Shown: piece by piece, positions 52,200-64,000 of the stretch
How the letters are laid out: every line of letters starts with the position of its first letter
Numbering within the stretch: the stretch's first letter is position 1
Origin: Octopus sinensis
Taxonomy: Eukaryota
Direction: 5' to 3'
Length of the DNA: 64,000 nt
NCBI RefSeq assembly: GCF_006345805.1
Contig: NC_043001.1
Span: forward strand, 115,754,001 to 115,818,000
Translations under genes and position numbers: made by a program
Notes under the pieces: model-generated
Database searches by the model: none
Told to the model about the DNA's origin: nothing
The model's input: the letters and a program-made list of their open reading frames with translations, nothing else

Positions 52200-52600
52200 C
52201 AACAGGCAGATAGATAAACACATTTATATATATATATATCCTCACCACTATCCACACTGCCCTTGCCAGAGCATATTCTGTGGACCATGCATCTGCTCTC
52301 TCCCCCTGCACCCGCCCCACTGTCTCCCGTTTCTCCTCACCTACCACCCCACCACCCTACCTCTCCAACGCACCATTCTCCGAGCCTTACGGTGACTCCA
52401 GTCTGACCCCTCCACTTCTCATACCTTCCCTAACTGACCCCCTCCCCTCCTTCAAATGAGCCCACAACCTACAAGACCTCTTGGTCCACAGCTTCTTCCC
52501 TAACTCAACCTCCCAACCCAGCTCATTACCCTGCTGCCGCACTTGCCCTTACATCTCCAACACAACGCTCCTCACCAGCACCCATCATCAACACTATCAT
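52200..52600 (+). mobile_element. Penelope (Poseidon-like) RT-EN linker fragment
   Basis: NLQDLLVHS...LPCCRTCPYISNT resembles R..NL.D.LV.S....PC..C.TC..I. Confidence 0.55.
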
Positions 52601-53539
52601 GATGTGGTGAGATGTGGACTCTGAATATAGAGGACATGCAAAGACTAGAGAGGAATGAAACTAGTATGCTCCAATGGATGTGCAATGTCAGGTTTCATGT
52701 ACAGCAAACTGGCATACAAAGAATCAAATGCAGCATGTAAAAGTGAAGACTGCACTGGTTTGGTTATGTGATGTATATGGATGAGAACAGTTGCATAAAG
52801 AAATGCTGGTCATTTAAAGTGGATGGAACTTGTTGAAAAGGGTGACCCAGGAAGACAAAGAACTGAATGATTGGCGATTCATTATACTTGATAAGACCCA
52901 TCCATCACAGCAAATATAAGGTCCTAAGATCACCTTGGTTATGCTTGCTTGTGCTGGGCCCTGTCAAACATCCCCACATCTCAGCTCCCCAACATCAATC
53001 CCTCCTTGACACTATTACATCCCCTAACACTATGTGTTACCAATTATGGCCTTCCCTCAGTTTCCATCCTTCCTTCTAATTATTATCTCTTTCAACAAGC
53101 ATCCGTTCCCCAGCTCTTCTCTGCCATATTTTACCTTAACACCCTTCATACTTGCTCTCATTCTCGCACCACACCCACTCACTATAGCCACCCTTATGTA
53201 TCTCTACATCCCTCTTCCCACTGCTCCTGTGCCTTGTTCATCATCCTCTACATTCTGATCCATTAGCACTGAGTCACTTCTTCTCTCTCAACTTACACCC
53301 CACTCCATAATGCTATTTCCACTTAAGCCACACCTCCTCTCCACATCATTCCCTACATTCCCTTCTACACCCATCTCTAACCATCTCTTCCTTCCCTCCT
53401 GATCCACTACCCATATTATCTCTTTCTCTTGGAAGGTTTTGCTCTAGCACCTCATCACAACCATCTGTCACCCACCCTTATCTAAATGTGGGGTAGCCAT
53501 GCTTCTTTTCTATAGTAAGACACATTTGCCTGTTCCTGG

Positions 53540-54900
53540 TAGAAAGTCACACAGGGCTGTTTTTCTTCTTCTCCTTTCTTGTTTTTTTTGTCTTGCAAAT
53601 TACTTAGCAACTTCAAAATTGCCAGTGGCATGAAAAAGCATGCAGTACAGACTGTAAAGTGGTTAGAGTTAGAAAGGGGGTATCCTGCCAGAGAAATGAT
53701 CTCAAAGCTGAAACGGAGCATGATGCAGCCCTGCAACTCACTGGAGCCAGTCAAGATGATTACAATGATGTATAGCTATCATTCTGGAGTGGATCACATA
53801 ATGAACATAGAAAATTTAGCACTATTTGGTAAGGAGAGTTAAAGACAAATATCACATCATGTGTAGACCAACAGCCATTCTGGTTTCAATTAGTCTACAA
53901 GAAAGCCGGCATGAAAGCCATGCAATTTTGGAATTGTATAAGAGATATTAAAACAATTTCCTTTCATAATAAATCATACTTTGTAAACAATCCCTCAGAC
54001 ATTTCCTAATGCATTTCCATTTTTGCATAATTGTATGAATTCCTGTGTGTAGAATACAAATTCACAAAAATTTTCTGAAAATTCCGAAATATAAAAAATT
54101 TATGAGGGGTTATATGGTGTGCATAAAGCAGAATTTCGTCAATATTTCATTTGTTTACAGTTGACATCACGTGCTGGAACATACAAAATTATAGCTTCCA
54201 AATTCTGTTTTATGACTGGATAAAAATTATGAAACTTTAAACTTCGGTAACTTTTTTTTTTTTTAATTTCTGGAAAAAGTGAATTAGCCCCTGAGATTCA
54301 GTGTGGAGAATTGCATCAATACACCAAATTTTAAAATTTTCAATAAACTTTAAAATTACCAAAGAAAAAACTCCAGCTCAATCTGAATGTATACCTCACA
54401 GCACTATCATAAATCTACAAACTGTAAATAAAGTAAAATCTATTAACACATCTGTTTCAAGATGCACAATTCGTACAAGCAGTATCAGCCAATGTCAAAG
54501 TACACATACCACCACCATTATCAAAACCCCCACCCCACCAAATACTAATTAAACTTTACAGCTTCAACATACGTAACCAGGAATCCTAAAATCTGTCAGT
54601 ATTCTCAACGTGACATTGTAGAAAAACGGAGAGCTTCTGATGTTGTTTTTCATTCTAGTATGCTACAAGTGCTGATGCTAACAGCTTATTCTGTCTTCAC
54701 CTGTGTCTGTAGCATCAAATGAGCAAACATCCAACACATTCACCATTTGAAGAACTAGCTCTGTACCACAATCACACAGCACCCTCTAGCACATAGTGCC
54801 ATAATGCATAATAAAAATGCATTGCACATCCTCGTAGAAAGTGTCTTTGCTAAAATGAGTGCATGCAGAAAAGTTTTTGGAATGCTTTGAGACACTTTTC
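53540..54900 (+). mobile_element. piggyBac-like transposase fossil
   Basis: Weak remnants of G...R...P..L, GVD and a C-terminal Cys-rich block ending ECFETLF. Confidence 0.35.
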
Positions 54901-55084
54901 CATGTGTACGAATGTAGGATGAAAATTTCATAGGCTGTCTATAAAAGAGTGATGAAAGAGCTGTGAAATCTTGCTTGCATTAATTTCAATTCTCCTATTT
55001 AATAAATGCATTGTTTCTTTCCAGATATAATGATATCTGACTGTCCGGAGAAAACTTCAAAAATAATTGTTAGCAACTTCTCTT

Positions 55085-55870
55085 GAAAACAGACAAAATT
55101 GGCATCGTGCTGTAATCAAGTACCTACAGGGAAAGGTTTTGGCACTCAAGGACATTCATGCCGATGTTATTCATGTAGACATGATACATTAAGGGTTGAC
55201 ACTCCTGCCTTGTTGTCAGTACAAAAGTGGCAGCTAAATTTAGCAAGGGAAGAGATAGTCTTCAGAAAAATCATGGCTTGGATGTCCTGCAGCTGCTGCT
55301 GCTGCTGCCACCACGGAAGATATTGTGTTCATCACATAATGATGAATGATAGGTGATTGACTATAAATTAAATACCCAGTGCTATTAGTATATCCTGTGA
55401 GAGAGTTGAGATATTCTGCAAAATGAACATAGCATGATGAAGGTTTCTGCTCGCTGGGTCTCACATGTTCTGACACCCGATCAAAAATGCTCCAGGTTGA
55501 TCACGAGAACATCTGACATTGAGGTGGATCCAGCACGTTTCCTTGATTGTTTCCTAACCCAGGATGTTTTTGGGTTCATCACATTGAGCCAGAGACAAAG
55601 AAGCAATCCATGCAGTGGAAAGAAACACCTCTCTTCACCGGCTCCACTGAAGGACAAGGTTGTTTCATCTACAGAGAAGGTTATGGCCCCGATTTTTTGG
55701 AATATAAAAGACATTGTGCTTATTGACTGTCTTCATAAGGGTCACACTTTCAATGGAGAGTGCTATGCCAACATGCTAAGGCAGTTACGAAAGGCTACTA
55801 AGACCAAACGCCCAGGAAGACTGATGAAGAGGGCCGTGTTTCATCAGGAGAATGCTCCAGCACACAGGTC
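55085..55870 (+). mobile_element. Mariner transposase fragment
   Basis: KVSARWVSHVLT, IFWNIKDIVLIDCLHKGHTFNGECYANML, FHQENAPAH. Confidence 0.9.
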
Positions 55871-56192
55871 CTATTCAGTCGACCCCCATAATAAAAACAT
55901 TATTATTATACTTCTGTTTTGGTATTAAGAATGAAAAGTCTATCTTGTTCGTAGAAACTTTTGGACTTTGCTTTGCACACCCCAAGCAAATTTAGTTCCT
56001 GGTCAGTGGATGAGTGTCTAATGGCGTCACTGAGCTAACGTATGCATATACAGACTTGAGACGGATATGTGTCTGTATGTGTGTCACACACATCCGTCTG
56101 AAGACTGTATACGCATCGTAGCACAGTATCTCTAATGTACATATGCATGCACACACAAACACGATTTATAACTTTTAGGCGGATGTAAACAG

Positions 56193-56242
<50 letters not shown>

Positions 56243-56898
56243 ATGGTGTACCTACACAACTGTGCCCCACCACCGATTTGTTTCCTCATAACTTACTTTT
56301 TCGAATGAAATGCTTTACAATTGGAATTCAGAAGGTGTGGACTTCGATTATATCGAAACTTGTTGCGAAAAAGTTTTTCCGAGTGTCGGGAGAGCAGTTT
56401 CGGAAAATTTATACGAGTTGGCTTTGTTTCTACCTAACTTTCAGTAAAATAGATTTTCATTGAGGAAATTTTCTATAAATATCTTTCAAACAGTGTATGT
56501 TAAGATTGTATCGTATTTAAAATGAAAGAGTAATTGGCGATCTCGCACAAATACACACTGATATAAACCACAAAATGAAACTCGAAAGTTCAATAAGAAT
56601 TGTTTGTCATTATAAATGGGAGCAAGCCCATATCTTTTTTTACTTTCTTTTACATATTAAATTCCAATACAAACATAATCTACACTATCTGAATGGTGTT
56701 TATAGAAAATTTCATTAAAAAAGGGAAAAAATGCCCAGTTTCCTGAAAGGTATGAGAAAAACAAAACAGACTTTTGTAAATTTTCGGAAACTCTCTTCCC
56801 CACCTTCAGGAAATTTTTTCCTATAACTAATGCCGATATCACTAGAATCTGCACCATCTGAAGTATATTTATAACATTTCATTAAAAGATATCAATTT

Positions 56899-56971
56899 TT
56901 CAGGTGGATTTTCGATCTTCTAATCAGTATCAAATTTTGATACTGATTAGAAGATCGAAAATCCACCTGAA
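56899..56971. repeat. Perfect palindrome 36-1-36
   Basis: ttcaggtggattttcgatcttctaatcagtatcaaa-t-tttgatactgattagaagatcgaaaatccacctgaa. Confidence 0.97.
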
Positions 56972-57006
56972 GATTGTCGGTAGTAGATATGAAACAATTG
57001 TAGTGG
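56963..57006 (+). ncRNA. Minimal hammerhead-like motif, possibly decayed
   Basis: CCAC-CUGAAGA-(U)UGUC ggtagta GAUA(U)-GAAA-C-AAUU-GUA-GUGG. Stem I is 4 bp, the loop III is palindromic, and there is a U-U mismatch at the base of stem II. Confidence 0.55.
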
Positions 57007-57175
57007 CGGTTTATTTAATTTATATTAAAATTTTATGTATTGATTAAGTCTTTCCTTGTTTGGTTTTAAAATAGTGGTTTTGTCTCGAATTATATTATAT
57101 AATATTTTACTATAAAATTGGATTTAACCCTAAATCTGATTTTTCCCTGTAATTTTGGATTCATTCCCTAATATT

Positions 57176-57209
<34 letters not shown>

Positions 57210-57294
57210 ACACATACATATATATACATACTGTGTTATGTGAATGTATAGAGAGAATATATATGTATGCACGCATATACATGTAAATATTATG

Positions 57295-57327
<33 letters not shown>

Positions 57328-58163
57328 TATCGGATAACAGTAAAAATTTACCAGTGTGTCTACACATTTTATGCGTGCATGTTTACATAAGCTACTCTGC
57401 TTTTTGTGAGGCGCTTAAATAGACATAAAACCTCCAAATTTAAACCGAATATGAACTTAAACTTCTGTAGTTGGACAGTTGAAATTATAAAGCAAGTTAT
57501 GTTTTCTTGTATTCAAGCTTTAGATGAATATTAAACAATATTTACTTACCGACGACAATGATATCCTTACATTTACATTATATAGTGTAAACGCGGATGT
57601 AAAACTTAAACCAAGCCCGTTTTGAAGATTAGAATATATTTTTACTTTGCTTACATAGCCATCAACAACTTTTAGGACAACCAATTGTTTTGTTGTCTAC
57701 TTATCTCTCTCTCTCTCTCTTTTACCCTCACTACTACTGTCGTTCTATTATCGTCTAACCAATTAGGTTATGTAGATAAATAAGCTGAAAGCATTTCAAT
57801 GTTGTATGTCCGTTCAGACTCTTCTACTTTCACTTCCTCCTTTTCTTTCTCTGTGTAATTTATTCTTCTCTCTTTCTTCTACTCTATTTTCACTTCCATT
57901 CCACCGTATAAAGAATGAAAGGATTTATGACAGAGAGAGAGAGAGAATATTTCTTTATTCACCATAAGGTTGAGAAAAAGAGGAGACAAACAAACGTTGG
58001 AGTCAGGGTTTCGAATGAGACGAAACGTATGAATAAACAAACAATTAAAATATATACAATTAAATGAGAATGAGTGAATAACAAAAAATGTAGCGGAGGA
58101 CACGGTTGACCCCACAAACCACATACACTGAAGACTTCGATTTCTCCTTTTCTACATTCTCGA

Positions 58164-61100
58164 TTAAACAGGTTCTTTCACTCGCAACATACTTGCTATA
58201 GACTTCCATCTATTACGAAACACACTTTGCGACAGGCATTTCTTCTCCAGCCTTATTTTCCGTTTCATGTGGAAAACGAAAAAGTCGATTAGCTCGAGAC
58301 TGGAGATAAACATGCTTGTTGCAATTCCTTTTACTCTCGTCCTCCACACTACTTCTTTCGCCATAGCAACTACCGAAATAAACCAGGCTCGCTCCTCCCT
58401 ATTCAGGAAGGTCGGCGGACCGATCTTAATTACAGGTTCGCTCGACAGTTGTACTCTTCTCGAATGCGACAGCAGGTGTTCGACATAAGCCCAGAGTTCA
58501 GTCACCTTCGGGCATTGCACAATTCCGTGCAGGACAGTTTCACTGTCCCTCTTACATCTTGCACAAACCGGCGAAGGTGCACACCCAGGTCTAAAGAGCT
58601 TATCTCGAACCGGTAAAGCTCCTTTGTAACATTGCCAGGCCAGGGACTTTTGGTAATTATCCATAGGCCCCGGACCGAATGTTCTTTGGAACAGGCTGGC
58701 CAGTTGATTTTCGTCGAAGCCCAGAGTTTCTCCTAGGACGTCGTCACACTTAAACTCTACTAACCCTCTATAGAAGAACGAGGTAGTACCCCCGCCACCG
58801 GCGTTGCCCGACTGGAAGAGAAGCACGAGTGCCTGATAGCACTCTGCATGCCACATGCCCAACCTCGGTCTACACTTGATCCATGGGTTCAGTTCGTTAA
58901 ACGATGTGAACTGTGGAAATAACAGCTTGACAAACGGAGACCACACCTGCTCACCGTCCAGGTAAATCCAGAGGTGCCTAAGCCTGAGCGCATGTCTGCG
59001 CATTTTTAGCCACGGCATCCCTAACCCACCCTTCAGCGGCTTTTGGCAGCAAATAGAGCGCCTTACAAGAGGTCTGCTGCCCCTCCACAAAAAGCGAAAG
59101 ATCATGCGTTCCAGTTTGTTCAGCTACGAATCGGGGAAAGGCACTACGGTTAGGCGGTAAGTGATTACAGAGGCGATAAACACTTCTGCAACCTCCGCCC
59201 TCCCTTTCAAGGACAGCTTCCGCTCAGACCATGTCTGAGTTAGGAGAGCCACCTTTCTCGCCACCTCGCTCCAGTTCTTCTCTATCTGGAGATCTGGACC
59301 TAACCAGATCCCAAGCATTTTCACCGGTCCTTCCGTCCAACGTCCTACGACGCTGTCGGAAGACATCGACTTGCCCCTCCAGGTGCCGAGTTGCAGCCGA
59401 CCGATTTATCCCGGTTGACTTTCGCTCCTGCCACCGTTTCGTAGTCCCTTAAGGCCTCACCCACCCACTGTAGGTGCTCGACTCGGGAAACGATGATGGT
59501 GATGTCGTCCGCATACGCCGAAGCTGACTTTCCACACCCTAGATCTTGCGGAGTGCCTCTCATAGTTTCCAACCTACTCAGCAACGGCTCGAGGGCCAAA
59601 ACGTAGAGAAGCGGGGAGAGAGGACACCCTTGACGTACCGAACGTTCAAGGCTGAACGGCTCCGAACGCCAACAAGTTCACCCACGACCCGCGCCAACCT
59701 TTTTGCTAAGACCTTGGCCAAGATCTTCAACTCTGCGTTAAGCAGAGTGATAGGCGCGGAAATTACAATAATTCACAAATTTTTCCCCTTGTTTGGGTCC
59801 TTTCTTAACAGCGCTACCACCCCTCGGCTCACAACTTAGGAATTCTCCCGTTCTGCTGCCAGTTGGTGTACACGCATGCAAGTAGGTGCCCAAACAAGTC
59901 TGGCATGCTACTATAGAGTTCGTAAGGCAGATCATCGAGTCCCGGCGATTTGTCCCCGCCGCAGTCTGCCAACACATCCTCGACTTCTTTGGCTGTGATC
60001 GGCGCCTCACAAGATTCCGCGTCCGGCCTCGATAGACGCGGCGAACCGGCTAGGAAGTCTGCGAGCTTCTCCCCGCGCTCCAGCTCGCCGCTCCTCCCGA
60101 ATAGCTGGGCGAAATGATCATGAAACACCTTGCACATCTCCTCGGGTTCGTTTACTAATCGACCATTTGGGCCCGTCAAGGATCGAATGGTTGAGTTGTT
60201 GCCATGCTGGCCCTCTACCACCCAGGCCCATCCGACTGCGTTGATCCCTTCCTGTCTCATTGCACGGATCTTAGCCCTGACAATGCACCCTTCATGTTTA
60301 GCTTTGAGATGTTGGTCGAGTGCTAACCTCGCCGCTAACCCTTTCGATGCCCTGCCTGATCTCATTGCCTCTTCTATTGCCTTAACTAGTTCCTTTTCTA
60401 CTTTGTTTCTAGCACTAGCTAGTTCTTTGCTAAACCTAATTGACTCAAATTTGATGGCTCTTTTCAGGGCGTACCACCATTTTTTGTTGATAATGGATCC
60501 GGTTAACGCCCTCATTACTAATTGTTTAATCCGATTCCTGTAGGCTTCACAGTCCAATAGTGACTTGTTTAGCTTCCGGTAACCGGTACCTCGTCTACAC
60601 ATGCTATCTATGTCGAGCGTACAGGTCACTAATTTGTGATCGCTGTAGCTGACGATATGGTGTTGTGGACAGCTAAGTATTTTCTTATCTTTCCTTCTAG
60701 TTATGATTCTATCGATGTAAGATCTGGACGCCCTGTCGTTTCTTGCCCAGGTCCACGCTGGAGTGTCTGGATGGTCCAGTCTGAATCTATCTGCCAATTC
60801 GAAACGACTTAGCATATCGTTGAGGTGAGGTAATCCCCTCCTATTCTTTCTCGAGCCAACATAATCTACGCTTGCATCGCAAATTATGTTGAAGTCACCT
60901 AGCAATACTAACGTGTTCGACGTGCCAAGAAAATTCTCTAGGCTTTTGAAATACTCTTTCTGCCCTTTTTTTCCTTCGCAGGGAGCAGAGACAGCGACCA
61001 GCCTGAACACTTTACCACTTCTGTGCGTCACATCCAAAACAACCAACCTGCCTTCCGGATCTATAAAGACAGTTCTAATCTCTAAATCCAGGTTTTTCCT

Positions 61101-61330
61101 GACCAGCACTGCCACTCCTCCTCCCCCCCAGGTCGACAGGGAGAAACGTATTTCTCGTAGCCGTTTAGAAGGGGCATAAAGGCCTGCAGCCCACTCAGTC
61201 TGGATTCGGTAATTACCACTACATCCAAACGATGCGACCTAAGGTCGTTAAGGAGGTAGCCTTGCTTCCAATACGACTCCAGGCCGCGAATATTTATACA
61301 ACCGAGTTTAAACGAGAATGTGAAAAATTA
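58164..61330 (-). pseudogene. Tx1 ORF2: APE endonuclease, RT, C-terminal CCHC; frameshifted, with RT deletions
   Basis: LGCINIRGL, LLGDFN, SYIDRI, SDHKLV, KSPGLD, RQGCPLSP, AYADD, CARC..ETVLH...C. The QxGF/DxxKAFD block is missing. Confidence 0.9.
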
Positions 61331-61599
61331 GTCGAAAGTTTAAAACTTACTGTTTTAACGGAAGAGAGGGTGTAGTTTCACCCTCCTCTTTTCTGTTGTG
61401 AGTGTTGTGTTTTGCGAGGTCAGTTTTTTTTGCGTATTGCCTGTACAGATGGCTCTATAGTATAAAATTCTACATTTTCAGAAATAGTATTATTTACATC
61501 TGTTGCGATATATTTTTTCGGCGATTTCATTAAAATAATTTGGTCTCTTAATAGTTTATTATTTTTATTTATCGCCGTGAAGGTGTTTCTTTTTTTAAT

Positions 61600-62890
61600 G
61601 TTAGGCGATTGTGGAGGGGTGTGTGTGCGTGTGTTTGTGGGGGTATGTGTGCTTGTAGAAGCGTGGGTGTGCTTGTGGTAGGTGTGTGTGTTTGTGTGTG
61701 CTTTTTCCAGTGTGTATGTTTTTTTGGCTACGTGTGAGTTAGCGACTGTATTTGTGGGTGTGGGTGTGCTTGTCTGTCTCGGAGCATAGTCCTGTGTATC
61801 CGAAGAGGGTGGGTTTTTCCGTTTCCGTCTTCCTTTTGAAGGTTCTACGGTGACCCACTCCTGGATGTTATTGTTGATGTTGTCGTCGTCGTTGTTGTTG
61901 TTGATTTCTCCCGCTGTCGGCTGAACTTCGGCAATTGGGGTGCGCGACGTGGCTGCTATTTCTAGCGGTGTGGTTGTTGTCTTCGGCGTCGTGCTTGCCT
62001 TTTCGGCAGCATTTTCTTTGGCTGTCTTCTTCTTACAGCTCGACCTTATGTGGCCTTTCTCGCCACATTCGTAACATCATGGCTTTCTCCCCTCGACTAC
62101 TACCATCATACAGGTATTTTCTCCAATTGTGAGGGAACTGGGCACTTTTTCTAAGTCTGAGGGGTTTGCTTGGATCACAAGCTCTAAATCTTGTCCAAAC
62201 CAGTTCATGTGGCGATATCTCTTAGACTGAAGAATGGCAATTTCATCCTCTTTGCCTAAGAGAATAGCGGCTATGACAAAGGCCACATCTATTTCGGGTG
62301 GAATATCCGTGACCGTTATTTTTGAAGTTCTCTTTCCTAAATAAGTCGGGAGAAGAACTACATCTTCCGACTTCAATGTCCTTGTTGAATGTTCCCTAGC
62401 TTTTTCTTCGCAAGGGAAACGCACCTCTACAGTGCCAAAGCGACTACCCCTCGTTATATAACTTGTTTGTTGCCATATCGGCCTCAAGCATTTTTCTATG
62501 GCTTCCCTCGGCACGAAGTCAATTTTTCTATTTTTCACATGATATGTTTTGTATATTACCGTCTTCTCTCCGTCGCGTAAATTAATTCACTGGGAGGGAG
62601 CAACTTCACATTATCACCTTCTTTTTTTAGTAAACCTTGGTATTTCTTTAATTCTTCTTTGTTAATAACTATATTATCACAGGGGCGAGTTGCTGCACTC
62701 GCAAAATTTACTTTTGACTTTTCCTGTTGTGTAGTAGCCTCGCTAGACATCTTGTCGTCTTCTTTAGTAATGCGCGCGTGAGACGCCTCTTTACTTTTAC
62801 CTTCCTCCTCCCACATTTTCGCCTTCATGCCTTCAAACAAATTTTCAAAGTTTTCCTCCGACTCGAAAGAAATTGGTGGCAAATTCATGT
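61600..62890 (-). pseudogene. Tx1 ORF1 (RRM-like plus CCHC knuckle, T/H/P-rich tail), broken
   Basis: GSRFGTVEVRF, ITVTDIPPEI, then VEGRKP*CYECGEKGHIRSSC. The end coordinate is approximate. Confidence 0.75.
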
Positions 62891-63088
62891 TTTTCGTCGC
62901 TTCGCCCCTGAAACAAGGGGGAAAGAAGAGCAAAACTCTGCTGCAGCAGCAGAAAAGAAGCGGTCTCGACGACCAAAACAGCAAATTTTCACAATTTTCA
63001 GCACAAAAACAATCTTTCACTGCGGAGCAAAGAATAACACTACCGATCAGAGAGAGAGCGGTAATTATTGTTTTCTTTCTGTTTCCCT

Positions 63089-63539
63089 TGTAACAGGATG
63101 AGAGTTCAGGAACACTGGTGGGGTGTCCGGTCTGATCTTGTCACATACAAGTTGAAGAACGGAACCAAAGTCAGGCTGTCTTCAATAACAACAATAATAG
63201 TTTATTCTGCGGTTCACAGGTAAAACATATACATATGTATTTCTTGTGGGGAAACTGGCAGCCGAGTCCACAGGACTGTTTACAATGTTCACTCGTGTGA
63301 GCCAAGAAGATACGGTGTTCGTTTCGCTTCGAAGTGAGAGCTTCTCTGTGCGTAGGGTGTTCCCTGAGAAGTCGAGCCACGTCCGATCGCTAGCTCTGCT
63401 CTGCTAGAAAGACCGATTTAGTGGTCACGCTTTCAGGTTGAAGTTCCTGCGCATGCGCATGAGGAAACTTCTGGTGGCCAACCGGAGGTAATCCAATTCT
63501 GCGCATGTGCACTGAAACTTACACAGAAGTGTCACTACA
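63089..63539 (-). mobile_element. Probable solo LTR (451 bp)
   Basis: TGTAACA...ACTACA termini, AATAAA on the minus strand near 63200, imperfect ccct/ccat flanks, and no adjacent PBS or gag. Confidence 0.6.
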
Positions 63540-63719
63540 CCATAATTCTTGTCTTTATTTTTGGCTCTCTAATTTCGTTTTTGTTCACCTCCACCCACCT
63601 CTTTCTCATTTTCAGGAGTTATTCTTTTTACACTATCCCCAATTCCGCATCTCAAAGCTGGCTCTCGTTTATCAAACAGACCGGCGAAGCTTAGGTTACC
63701 TTCAGACGGTTCTGAAATC

Positions 63720-64000
63720 ACCATCATCCCTCATCATTGTTATCATCACCATCATCATCCTCCCCATCATCATCACCATCATTATTATCAGTATCATCGT
63801 CATTTTACGTTTGTCTTCCATGCTGTCATTAGTTGAACTGTTTGGCAGAATCTGATAAGCCAGAGGATTGTGTTGAGTGCCAATGTCTGCTTTTTACGAC
63901 AGTTTCTACAGATGGGTGTCCTTCCTATTACCAGTCATTTCACAGAGTGTACTGGATGTTCTTTTAAGAGTATTGTCACTAATGAGGCCACAAAGTAACT
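63720..64000 (-). mobile_element. RTE-tail/SINE 3' fragment
   Basis: (CAT)n-like tract followed by ttccatgctg...gtttctacagatgg..ccttcct. Confidence 0.6.

Larger units (their letters stand above)
57947..63048 (-). mobile_element. Tx1-clade (L1-like) non-LTR retrotransposon, near full length, inactive
   Basis: ORF1 and ORF2 in order, AATAAA at the 3' end (57954-57959), and (AG)5 on both flanks as a candidate TSD. Confidence 0.9.

Noticed and set aside
57125-57134. Telomere-like ttaaccctaa
   Set aside because: It is a single unit inside a dispersed repeat.

Overview
AT-rich, repeat-dense eukaryotic DNA. The repeat families and the K02A2.6-type Gypsy suggest a mollusc, probably an octopus (inference from recall, not a search). 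The only convincing host gene is a minus-strand Ig-superfamily gene, seen as three phase-1/phase-1 Ig-domain exons (30666-30986, 13458-13715, 9366-9617). Its first and last exons are not identified. Most of the rest is transposon-derived: many RTE LINE copies (with a PHD finger inside the RT and a tandem-repeat 3' UTR), tRNA/CORE-type SINEs, a Helitron with both termini visible, a decayed Gypsy, three mariner pieces, a MITE, hAT/Harbinger/piggyBac fossils, a Tx1-clade LINE in a (TC)n tract and a solo LTR. A 100-N gap lies at 45002-45101. The best leads are: (i) a young Penelope-like (Neptune-type) unit with about 820-bp inverted arms, a near-intact GIY-YIG ORF lacking the RT core and a minimal hammerhead ribozyme in each arm; (ii) another hammerhead-like motif fused to a perfect 73-bp palindrome near 57 kb; (iii) an orphan HR3/ROR nuclear-receptor last-exon fragment whose flank is duplicated in inverted orientation at the window start; (iv) a templated insertion built from two nearby sequences. 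There is no CRISPR array, rRNA or true tRNA. All coordinates were read by eye, and boundaries of decayed elements are approximate.
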